In this document: positions 20,191-28,413 of the stretch, one piece after another
Position numbering within the stretch: the first letter of the stretch is position 1
Layout of the letters: each line of letters begins with the position of its first letter
DNA from: Bacteroidota bacterium
GTDB taxonomy: Bacteria; Bacteroidota; Bacteroidia; Chitinophagales; Chitinophagaceae
Length of the DNA stretch: 32,474 bases
NCBI GenBank assembly: GCA_028875955.1
Contig: JAGWTX010000001.1
Location: 1-32,474, forward strand
Direction: 5' to 3'
Notes under the pieces: model-generated
What the model saw: only the letters and a program-made list of their open reading frames with translations
Told to the model about the DNA's origin: nothing
The model's database searches: none
Made by a program: the position numbers and the translations under genes

Positions 20191-22023
20191 TTACCTGCCA
20201 AACATCCTATCCAGGTAATCTTCCTTGAATTCAAGATAAGTGGGACTTCCTGTAGGTGTCACATTCGGACTATTACTGGTAAACAATTCCTCCACCAGGT
20301 GTAGCATTTCTTTTTGGGTAAGAGCCTGACCGGCTTTGATTGCCTGCTGCCGGGCCAGGCAGCGGACCAGCTTTTCCCGTTTGCTGAATTTCACATCACT
20401 GCTAAAGTGTTTGAACTGTTCAATCAGCAATTCTATCGCATGTTTCTCATTGCCGGGAAGGATATCGGCAGGGATACCCTGGATGACAAAACTATTATTC
20501 CCGAAGGGTTCGATCTGGTATCCAATGGCCAGCAGATCCGGTATTAGGTCGTTTAGTAAAACTGCATCTGCAGGGGTGAGTTCCAGGTTTACCGGAAAAA
20601 GGCTTTGCTGGGTTGCCATATGCTGACCATGTGCTGCCATTCCATAGCGTTCATACAGAATCCTTTCGTGCGCCAATTGCTGGTGAACCAGTAAGAATCC
20701 ACTGTTGGTGGATGCAATGATATAGGTGTTGTGTAATTGAAGCAAAGGCGTATCCGGCAATACACGCAAGGAATATAAAACGGGGGCTGCAGGTTGGGTG
20801 ACGGGTTCTGCAGTTCCGGTGGTTTCATTCCCGGCGGGTTTAAAAAAATCTTTCCAGTGCGACAAACCGGTTTTGTCATCCTTCTCTATAAAATGCGCCT
20901 GATTTTTCTGGCTGAAGGTTTTAAACAAGGGGGATGAAGCAACGGCGTCTTTCTTGTCGGTGGTAAAAGGTTTGCTGACGGCATCCATGCCTTGTATTTC
21001 TGCATTTAAGGTAAAATCGAGCGAAGGGGCAATACTGAATTGCGCCAATGCATGTTTCACGGCAGCCTGTACAAATGCATAGATGATCTTCTCATCTTCA
21101 AATTTGATCTCCTGTTTGGTAGGGTGAACATTGATATCCACCTGTGAAGGGTCCAGATCGATATACAAAACATAACTGGGAAAACTGTCTTTGGCAATCA
21201 TTCCCTCAAATGCACTGTTTACGGCATGATTCAGATAAGCGCTTTTGATAAACCGGCTGTTTACAAAAAAATACTGGTCGCCCCTGGTTTTTCTGGCCGT
21301 TTCGGGTTTTCCCACAAAACCGTAAATATTCATGTAATCGGTCTCCTCATGAACACTCACCAGTTTCGCATTATAGGAATTGCCCAATAGCTGTACGATT
21401 CGCTGTTTCAGGCTGCCTGCTTCAAGATGAAAAACCTCCTGACCATTACTGGTCATGGAAAAAAATATGCCCGGGAAAGCCATGGAAACCCTGATGAACT
21501 CTTCCACGATATGCCGCATTTCAGCCGCATTGCTTTTTAGAAAATTTCTCCTGGCCGGAACATTGAAGAACAGGTTCTTCATACTGATACTGGTTCCGGT
21601 TGCAGCGGCACAGGGTTCCTGTTTCCGTACCCGGCTATTCTCGATCTCAATATGCGTTCCCAGTTCATCCTCTTCCCGCCGGGTTCTCAATTCCACCTGG
21701 GCCACCGCAGCGATGGAAGCAAGCGCTTCACCCCGAAAACCCATGGTTTTGATCCGGAACAGGTCATCAATGTTGCGGATCTTGCTGGTGGCATGACGCT
21801 CAAATGCCATACGGGCATCCGTTTCACTCATTCCTTTCCCGTTATCGATCACCTGGATCAGCGCTTTTCCGGCATCTGTGATCAATAAGCGGATTTCAGT
21901 TGCACCCGCATCAGCGGCATTCTCGAGTAATTCTTTCACCGCACTGGCCGGTCGCTGGATCACTTCACCCGCCGCAATCTGGTTCGCTATATTGTCCGGT
22001 AATAATTGTATGATATCCGCCAC
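20191..22023 (-). CDS. mutL: DNA mismatch repair protein MutL
   Basis: NQIAAGEVIQRPAS, HATSKI, GFRGEAL, DINVHPTKQE; GTG start at 22023. Confidence 0.97.
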   Translation of the reverse strand: MADIIQLLPDNIANQIAAGEVIQRPASAVKELLENAADAGATEIRLLITDAGKALIQVIDNGKGMSETDARMAFERHATSKIRNIDDLFRIKTMGFRGEALASIAAVAQVELRTRREEDELGTHIEIENSRVRKQEPCAAATGTSISMKNLFFNVPARRNFLKSNAAEMRHIVEEFIRVSMAFPGIFFSMTSNGQEVFHLEAGSLKQRIVQLLGNSYNAKLVSVHEETDYMNIYGFVGKPETARKTRGDQYFFVNSRFIKSAYLNHAVNSAFEGMIAKDSFPSYVLYIDLDPSQVDINVHPTKQEIKFEDEKIIYAFVQAAVKHALAQFSIAPSLDFTLNAEIQGMDAVSKPFTTDKKDAVASSPLFKTFSQKNQAHFIEKDDKTGLSHWKDFFKPAGNETTGTAEPVTQPAAPVLYSLRVLPDTPLLQLHNTYIIASTNSGFLLVHQQLAHERILYERYGMAAHGQHMATQQSLFPVNLELTPADAVLLNDLIPDLLAIGYQIEPFGNNSFVIQGIPADILPGNEKHAIELLIEQFKHFSSDVKFSKREKLVRCLARQQAIKAGQALTQKEMLHLVEELFTSNSPNVTPTGSPTYLEFKEDYLDRMFGR

Positions 22024-22067
22024 GTCACATCCTTGTTTGATAAAGTTTGTAAAAATACCACTCTCCC

Positions 22068-22105
22068 TTAACTTTTGGAAAGTTTTAAAACTTTCCAAAA
22101 GTTAA
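22068..22105. repeat. Perfect 38-bp palindrome (REP-like)
   Basis: TTAACTTTTGGAAAGTTTT|AAAACTTTCCAAAAGTTAA with no loop or mismatch. Confidence 0.9.
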
Positions 22106-22142
22106 CCGCATGCGTTAAATTTGCCCTTCAAAATAAATATTT

Positions 22143-23864
22143 ATGAAGGTAAGTGCGGATATTAAGAAACTGGAACGACATTTTGTACCCAGGGATTTTG
22201 TGGTGACCGACTGGGCCTCTCTGGAGCCCTTTTTTACCAATTTGGTTGAAAGACCATTGGAATCTCTTTCCGATCTCAAACAATGGTTACTCGATATGAG
22301 TGAAATGGAAGCGGTGGTTAGTGAAGATGCCTGCTGGCGGCAAATCAAAATGACCTGTGATACCACCGATAAATCGCTGGAAGATGCATTCACCTATTTC
22401 TGTATGGAGATACAGCCAAAGTTGCAACCCTATGGAGACCAGCTGAATAAAAAGCTGGTGAACTGCCCGTTTACCCAACAACTGGACCAGGACAGGTATT
22501 TCACTTACCTGCGATCTGTTAAAAAAAGTATCGAACTTTTCCGGGAAGCCAATATCCCCATTCAGGCTGAATTAAGTGTGATGCAGCAGCAATATGGTGC
22601 CATCGCCGGAAAGATGACGGTAGAAGTAAATGGCCAGGAATATACCTTGCAACAGGCGGCCAAATTCCTGGAAAGCCATGACAGAAATCTGCGCGAGGAA
22701 GTGTATCGTAAGATCCAGGAAAGAAGGTTACAGGACAAACAGGCAATGAATGACCTGTACACGCAGCTCATACAGAAAAGGGATCAGGTGGCAAAAAATG
22801 CAGGGTTTGACAATTACCGGGATTACAAATTTGTAGAACTGGGCAGGTTTGATTACAGCAAGGAAGATTGTTTCCAGTTTCACGAAGCGGTGAAACTCCA
22901 TGTACTTCCCCTGATTGAAAAGATATACCAGAAAAAGAAACAAAAATTAGGTCTTGACACATTGCGGCCCTGGGATACAGAAGCGGAACCCGAAAACCTG
23001 CAGCCATTGAAACCCTTTACAGACGGAAACGACCTCTATGAAAAATCTGTGAAATGTTTTGAGGTTCTCAATCCCTTCTTTGCCGATTGCCTGCGCAAAA
23101 TGAAGGAACTCCATCATTTTGATTTGGAAAGCAGAAAGGGCAAAGCCCCCGGCGGATATAACTGTCCCTTGTCTGAAAGTGGCGCTCCGTTTATTTTTAT
23201 GAATGCTGCCGGTCAAATGAGCGATGTGACGACCATGGTACATGAAGGGGGGCATGCCGTTCATTCTTTCCTGGCACACACATTGGAGCTTAGCGCATTC
23301 AAGGAGTATCCGATGGAAATTGCCGAAGTGGCCAGCATGGCCATGGAATTATTTACCATGAATCATTGGGAAGCATTTTTTGATAACGAAGAAGACCTGA
23401 AACGTGCCAAAGAACACCAGCTTGAAAGAACCATTACCATTTTCCCCTGGATCGCGATCATTGATAAATTCCAGCATTGGGTATATGAACACCCGCAACA
23501 CAGCGAAGCGGAAAGGACAGCAAAGTGGATGGAAATCCTCACGGAGTTTTCTACAAACAGTATCGATTATACCGGACTGGATGCCTATCGTGAAATCGGC
23601 TGGCAAAGACAATTGCATTTATTTGAAGTTCCTTTCTATTATATCGAATACGGCATTGCACAGTTAGGCGCCATCGGTTTATGGATGCAGTACCAGGCAA
23701 ATCCACAGAAGGCCCTGGAAAATTATATGCAGGCATTAAGTCTTGGCGGAACCAAAACCCTGCCTGAATTATATGCGGCTGCCGGTTTGAAATTTGATCT
23801 TTCACCCGATCATATCAAATCCCTGATGGAGTTTACCGCTTCTGAAATGGATAAATTGAACTAA
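22143..23864 (+). CDS. M3-family oligoendopeptidase
   Basis: HEGGH zinc motif, KGKAPGGY, EIAEVASMAME, HLFEVPFYYIEY. Confidence 0.93.
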   Translation: MKVSADIKKLERHFVPRDFVVTDWASLEPFFTNLVERPLESLSDLKQWLLDMSEMEAVVSEDACWRQIKMTCDTTDKSLEDAFTYFCMEIQPKLQPYGDQLNKKLVNCPFTQQLDQDRYFTYLRSVKKSIELFREANIPIQAELSVMQQQYGAIAGKMTVEVNGQEYTLQQAAKFLESHDRNLREEVYRKIQERRLQDKQAMNDLYTQLIQKRDQVAKNAGFDNYRDYKFVELGRFDYSKEDCFQFHEAVKLHVLPLIEKIYQKKKQKLGLDTLRPWDTEAEPENLQPLKPFTDGNDLYEKSVKCFEVLNPFFADCLRKMKELHHFDLESRKGKAPGGYNCPLSESGAPFIFMNAAGQMSDVTTMVHEGGHAVHSFLAHTLELSAFKEYPMEIAEVASMAMELFTMNHWEAFFDNEEDLKRAKEHQLERTITIFPWIAIIDKFQHWVYEHPQHSEAERTAKWMEILTEFSTNSIDYTGLDAYREIGWQRQLHLFEVPFYYIEYGIAQLGAIGLWMQYQANPQKALENYMQALSLGGTKTLPELYAAAGLKFDLSPDHIKSLMEFTASEMDKLN

Positions 23865-23879
23865 AGAGATCTTGTTGAG

Positions 23880-23918
23880 AATAAAAAAGCTGACCAGGTC
23901 TGGTCAGCTTTTTTTATT
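23880..23918. terminator. Bidirectional intrinsic terminator
   Basis: AAAAAAGCTGACCAG-GT-CTGGTCAGCTTTTTTT between convergent genes. Confidence 0.9.
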
Positions 23919-23919
23919 C

Positions 23920-25341
23920 TTATTTTTTTCCATCGGGTGGCGGAGTGGCCGGCCCTTGCGGAGGTCTGTTTTGAGGAGGTCTCGGACCTTGAGGTGGTCT
24001 GGGTCCCTGGGGTCTGCCCTGGCCACTGTTTTGTTGGGGTCCCCGGTTGGGTCCCTGTGGACGGTTTCCCTGTTGGCGCTGTTGTCCGCCACCTCCTTGC
24101 GGAGGTCTGGGTCCCTGTGTCCTTTCGGTACCACCGCTTTGCTGCGGTCCCCGGTTGGGTCCCTGTTGTCTGGGTCCCTGATTTCTTTGTCCGGGGTTAT
24201 TCCGGTTATTGCCCCTTTCCTGATCTCTTTTGCGTCTTTCGTTTTTCTCCAGAGTTTTCAGGCTGATCTGGCCCACCAGATCAACAAAAGCGGGTTCCAC
24301 TTCTTTCTGTTTACCACTCACCACTTCTACTGCCTGAAGTTCAGCTACTTTCTGTCCTTCCTTGTTCAGGCGTTTGATTTCCTTGACACGCTGAATGGTC
24401 AATGGGTAATGCTTGCTGTTATTGGGCAGGATATACCACATCAGGTTCTTGAAAATATCCTTCTTGATCAGTTGTGCCGTTCCCATGGCTGTATCCAGGG
24501 TTTCCGCATAATCCGGAAACTGCTGTAATGCATCAAGATAGGTATCGAGCTCATAATTGAGACAACATTTCAAACGGCCGCACTGGCCACTGAGTTTGGT
24601 CTGGTTGATGGAAAGATTCTGGTAACGGGCTGCGGTGGTGTTAACGCTTTTGAAATCGTTCAGCCAGGTGCTGCAGCAAAGTTCCCTGCCACAACTTCCG
24701 ATGCCACCCACTTTGGCCGCTTCCTGCCGGATCCCGATCTGGCGCATTTCTACTTTTACCTTGAAATCACCTGCATATACTTTGATCAGTTCCCGAAAAT
24801 CAACACGGTCATCAGCGGTATAAAAAAAAGTGCCCTTTTTCCCGTCTGCCTGGATTTCCACCTCACTCAGCTTCATTTGTACATTTAACTGGCGGGCAAT
24901 GGCACGGCTTCTGGCCAGAATCTCCTTTTCCCTGCTCTTGCTGATCCGGAAGGTCTCAATATCCCTTTCCGAACTCCTGCGAAGGATTTTTTTCATATCA
25001 GGGTTAAACTCATCCACCCCTTTTTTCTTCATCTGCAAACGAACCAGTTCACCTGTCAGGCTAACTTCCCCAACATCAAATCCACTGATTCCCTCAACGG
25101 TTACATAGTCGCCCTTGTCAAAATATTGTAAAGTGGTATTGCGGTAAAATTCCTTCCGGCTACCCTGTTTAAAACTTACTTCAATCACTTTACAGGTACT
25201 TTCCGGGTCACTGTAGGGAAGATTCAACAGCCAGTCATGCACATTCAGACGATTGCAACCGCCTGTACTGCAGCCTCCGTTACTTTTACAACCGCCTGGT
25301 TTACCACCGTCTTTCGAAGTACCACAAGATCCACATCCCAT
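23920..25341 (-). CDS. ricT: PSP1/RicT (YaaT-like) Fe-S regulatory protein with low-complexity C-tail
   Basis: Cys-rich start MGCGSCG; FFYTADDRVDFRELIK, EMRQIG, GGIGSCGRELCCS, KLSGQCGRLKCCLNYE. Confidence 0.9.
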   Translation of the reverse strand: MGCGSCGTSKDGGKPGGCKSNGGCSTGGCNRLNVHDWLLNLPYSDPESTCKVIEVSFKQGSRKEFYRNTTLQYFDKGDYVTVEGISGFDVGEVSLTGELVRLQMKKKGVDEFNPDMKKILRRSSERDIETFRISKSREKEILARSRAIARQLNVQMKLSEVEIQADGKKGTFFYTADDRVDFRELIKVYAGDFKVKVEMRQIGIRQEAAKVGGIGSCGRELCCSTWLNDFKSVNTTAARYQNLSINQTKLSGQCGRLKCCLNYELDTYLDALQQFPDYAETLDTAMGTAQLIKKDIFKNLMWYILPNNSKHYPLTIQRVKEIKRLNKEGQKVAELQAVEVVSGKQKEVEPAFVDLVGQISLKTLEKNERRKRDQERGNNRNNPGQRNQGPRQQGPNRGPQQSGGTERTQGPRPPQGGGGQQRQQGNRPQGPNRGPQQNSGQGRPQGPRPPQGPRPPQNRPPQGPATPPPDGKK

Positions 25342-25601
25342 ATCTATACTGATAAGTTGGTTAGTTAATAAAATAAGAGGAATGATTGGACGGGCGATAG
25401 TACTGCTGGGATGCTTCCTTGTGTCACTCACTTCAGGGTCCGGTTCTTTCCCGGTCATTGCCTGATAAGCAGTGAAAAGCATCCTGCCTTCAAAATATAT
25501 TGATAAGCGTATAACAGTGCAAAGTGTACCAATTGGCAGGAAACTCCGGGCAACCAGTCGGTAACACAAACCCACACAACATTTCTCTCAACCGGTCATA
25601 T

Positions 25602-25615
25602 CTAACTATCGTTAG
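25602..25615. promoter_or_regulatory. Palindrome CTAAC-TATC-GTTAG between holB and ricT
   Basis: Same core as the sites at 1063, 4324 and 5573. Confidence 0.45.
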
Positions 25616-25625
25616 TTCTGCCGGC

Positions 25626-26825
25626 TCATCCCATCAAAATTAGGGTTTTGTTCTGAATGATATGGTAGAGTTTAATGGTCAGTGCCTGAAACAGCATTTT
25701 CGCATTAGCATTTCTTTCTATATAATATGCGGCCCTGTCCAGTTCTTCAATGATCCCCTGTTGCTGACTTACCGATGCGATTTTATTGAGCCTTTGTGCA
25801 AAATCCTTCTCATGATCCCCCAAAGGAACCAGATCTGGACCCAAAACCTTGATCCGGATACTCTGTTCCAGCAGATGCGTAAAGTATCGGAGAAACTGTT
25901 TTTGTTTTTCCCTGCCCAGTTTGCTCATTTCTTCGGTAAACTTAATTTGGGCTGCAGGCCCCCCTTTCAGGGTTGCATTCAGCCATTCCCGCAAAAGGCT
26001 CTGCCAGTCTTCTTCGGCATGCTGCAATAATTGCAGGGCTTCCCGGTAATTGCCTTCACAGATCCCGGCAACCTGTCGGGCAGTCTCCGGATTGGCATTG
26101 GCCCGCTCCATCAACGCCTTTTCCACGGTTTCCTTATCCAACATGGGGATCTTGATCAGCTGGCAACGGCTTAAAATGGTAGGCAGTATCTGCTCATCAT
26201 TTTCCGCCACAAGGATGAAAAGGGTATTCGGCGGGGGCTCTTCAATCAGTTTGAGAAGCTTATTCCCTTCTTTCCCCAGGTATTCGGGCATCCATAGTAA
26301 AAGCACTTTATAGGCGCTCTCAAAACTTTTCAGACTCAGCTGCCGGTTTATTTCATTGCATTCTTCCGATGTGATATTACCCTGTTTGTTCTCAGCACCA
26401 ATACTCTGCAACCAATCATAGGCATTACCGTATGGATGGCTCAGGATAAATTCCCGCCACTCTTTGCTATAATCAGCGCTTATCGGTTTATCGCCACTTT
26501 TTCTGGGAATAACCGGATAGGTAAAATGCAGATCGGGATGAATCAGTTGTTCCGCCCTTTGAAACGCCGGCTGGGAAGCGATATCATCCGGTGAAATAAA
26601 CGCAGGCTCAGGTTCGAGTGCAGTCATTCCGCCAAACAGGTCTTCCACAACCGGTGCCGGAGCAGGTAAAGACACAATGTATTGCGCAAAAGCCATCGCA
26701 AGCGGCAAAGCTCCGCTACCTTCTTTTCCCAGGAAAAGCAGGGCATGACTGAGCCGGTTCTGTTCAACCATCTCAGCCAGGTGTTGTTTGGTAGCTTCCT
26801 GACCGATGACATCCTTGAAAAGCAT
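25626..26825 (-). CDS. holB: DNA polymerase III delta' subunit
   Basis: FKDVIGQ, HALLFLG, HPDLH, NKLLKLIEEPP, LPTILSRCQ. Confidence 0.9.
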   Translation of the reverse strand: MLFKDVIGQEATKQHLAEMVEQNRLSHALLFLGKEGSGALPLAMAFAQYIVSLPAPAPVVEDLFGGMTALEPEPAFISPDDIASQPAFQRAEQLIHPDLHFTYPVIPRKSGDKPISADYSKEWREFILSHPYGNAYDWLQSIGAENKQGNITSEECNEINRQLSLKSFESAYKVLLLWMPEYLGKEGNKLLKLIEEPPPNTLFILVAENDEQILPTILSRCQLIKIPMLDKETVEKALMERANANPETARQVAGICEGNYREALQLLQHAEEDWQSLLREWLNATLKGGPAAQIKFTEEMSKLGREKQKQFLRYFTHLLEQSIRIKVLGPDLVPLGDHEKDFAQRLNKIASVSQQQGIIEELDRAAYYIERNANAKMLFQALTIKLYHIIQNKTLILMG

Positions 26826-26911
26826 AGGGTTCTGAATTGTTGGATCCGTTTACGGGAGATGACAAACTTTATTCGATGGCCAATCCCGTAGAGCCAAAAG
26901 TAACGGTTATC

Positions 26912-26951
26912 AAAAAACAAAAGGAGAGAATGTTGATAAACATTCTCTCCT
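26912..26951 (-). terminator. Intrinsic terminator after the glutathione peroxidase gene
   Basis: GGAGAGAATGTT-GATA-AACATTCTCTCC stem with a U-rich tail on the minus strand; a holB -7 motif TACTTTTG follows at 26895-26902. Confidence 0.85.
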
Positions 26952-26993
26952 CCAAATCTTGTGTAGCCTATTTCCGGAATTCCGGCAAAAGGA

Positions 26994-27527
26994 CTATTTC
27001 AGGTATTTCAGAATCTCTTCGCTGTCAGGTGTTACTTTGCTGGGGAAATAAGCGATCATTTTGCCATTTTCATCCAATAAAAATTTATTGAAATTCCAGG
27101 TAATGGTGGCATCCAGTACCCCATTTTCAGATTTATTGGTCAGCCATTTGTAGATGGGAGCTTCGTCATCACCCTTCACACTGATCTTGCTGGCCAAAGG
27201 AAATTTCACACCAAAGCGGGCTTTACAGAACTGCTGGATCTCATCATTGGTTCCGGGTTCCTGTGAACCAAAATTATTGGCAGGAAAACCCACGATGACC
27301 AGTTTGTCTTTGTATTGTTCATATACTTTTTCCAAAGCCTCATATTGCGGGGTAAAGCCGCATTTTGATGCGGTGTTCACCACTAAAATCTTCTTGCCTT
27401 TGAATTGGGAAAAATCGATGATCTTCCCGTCAATGGATTTTACTTTGAAGCTATGGATACTGGAAGTTCCTGGTAAGGTAAAAGCCGAGAGGATGCTCAG
27501 GGCTGCAATGGTTAAAAAAGTTTTCAT
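26994..27527 (-). CDS. Cys-type glutathione peroxidase family protein with signal peptide
   Basis: VNTASKCGFTPQY, GFPANNFGSQEPG, WNFNKFL. Confidence 0.93.
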   Translation of the reverse strand: MKTFLTIAALSILSAFTLPGTSSIHSFKVKSIDGKIIDFSQFKGKKILVVNTASKCGFTPQYEALEKVYEQYKDKLVIVGFPANNFGSQEPGTNDEIQQFCKARFGVKFPLASKISVKGDDEAPIYKWLTNKSENGVLDATITWNFNKFLLDENGKMIAYFPSKVTPDSEEILKYLK

Positions 27528-27630
27528 GGCTTTGTTTTTTATTCTTAAACGTATAAATATAAAAAAGGTTGACCATATTCCACTGTTAAACTAATATTGG
27601 GATGAACGGCAGGAACAGGCAATTCACTTA

Positions 27631-28338
27631 TCAGAGCGTATAGGCAGCGGTCACAATACTAACCCGGGTATTGGGGAGGCTAAGTAGGCTTTTTGCACAG
27701 GCTTCCAGGCTGGCACCGGTGGTTACCACATCATCCACCAGCAATAAATGCCTGTTATTCAGCAGGTCAGGTTTGGCAACTGAAAAAACATCCTGCATAT
27801 GCTGCCATCTGTCGATCCGGTTTCTCTGAGTCTGTGATTCTGTGAAACGGGTTCTGATCATGGCATCCGGGATCAGGGGTCTCCGCCATACTTCAACGAT
27901 CCCTGCTGCAATCAGGTTGGCCTGATTATAACCTCTCCGGTTTTCTTTTCGGGGATGCAGGGGCAGGGGGATCAGACAATCCACTTCATCAAACCGATCG
28001 GTTTTTTGTAAGGCATACCCGATCATCCGCCCCAGAAAATATCCGGCATCTTTTTGTTCCCGGTATTTGAGTGCAAACAAAATATGCTGCAGGAGGGAGT
28101 CCTTGGTGAAGTAATAGAGTGCACCAGCCTGCTGTATCCTGCAACGGCCATAAAACAATTTTTCAACCGGGTTACCGGCATATTTCAAAAATCCGGTTAC
28201 GGGTAATTTTTCCTGGCAGCGGCTGCAGAGAAACTGGTGGCTGCCCAATACATCACTGCCACAGGTTTCACAATGATGTGGCAGGAATAGGGGTAACAGG
28301 TCCCTGATGGGAAGAAGGTTGGCAATTCGCATCTCCAA
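27631..28338 (-). CDS. comF: ComF-family zinc-ribbon/phosphoribosyltransferase protein
   Basis: CETC...CSRC, PLPLH...RRGYNQ, LLVDDVVTTGAS. Confidence 0.88.
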   Translation of the reverse strand: MEMRIANLLPIRDLLPLFLPHHCETCGSDVLGSHQFLCSRCQEKLPVTGFLKYAGNPVEKLFYGRCRIQQAGALYYFTKDSLLQHILFALKYREQKDAGYFLGRMIGYALQKTDRFDEVDCLIPLPLHPRKENRRGYNQANLIAAGIVEVWRRPLIPDAMIRTRFTESQTQRNRIDRWQHMQDVFSVAKPDLLNNRHLLLVDDVVTTGASLEACAKSLLSLPNTRVSIVTAAYTL

Positions 28339-28413
28339 AGATGCATTCCCTGCCCAATGGAAATATAGGTATTTATCGCAGGTATTTTTTCGTGAAGAAA
28401 AGAGTGAAATCGT

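Noticed and set aside
23872-24528. 218-aa + strand ORF
   Set aside because: Antisense shadow of the repetitive ricT tail; it runs through a terminator.
25405-25490. Hammerhead ribozyme, or TPP/cobalamin riboswitch
   Set aside because: CTGAAGTGAG only loosely resembles CUGANGA, and the other conserved core elements are not correctly placed.
25342-25575. 78-aa N-terminal extension of RicT
   Set aside because: The family-like sequence begins at MGCGSCG; the upstream segment looks like structured non-coding sequence, although the frame is open.
27355-27375. Selenocysteine in the glutathione peroxidase
   Set aside because: The active-site codon is TGC (Cys), not TGA.
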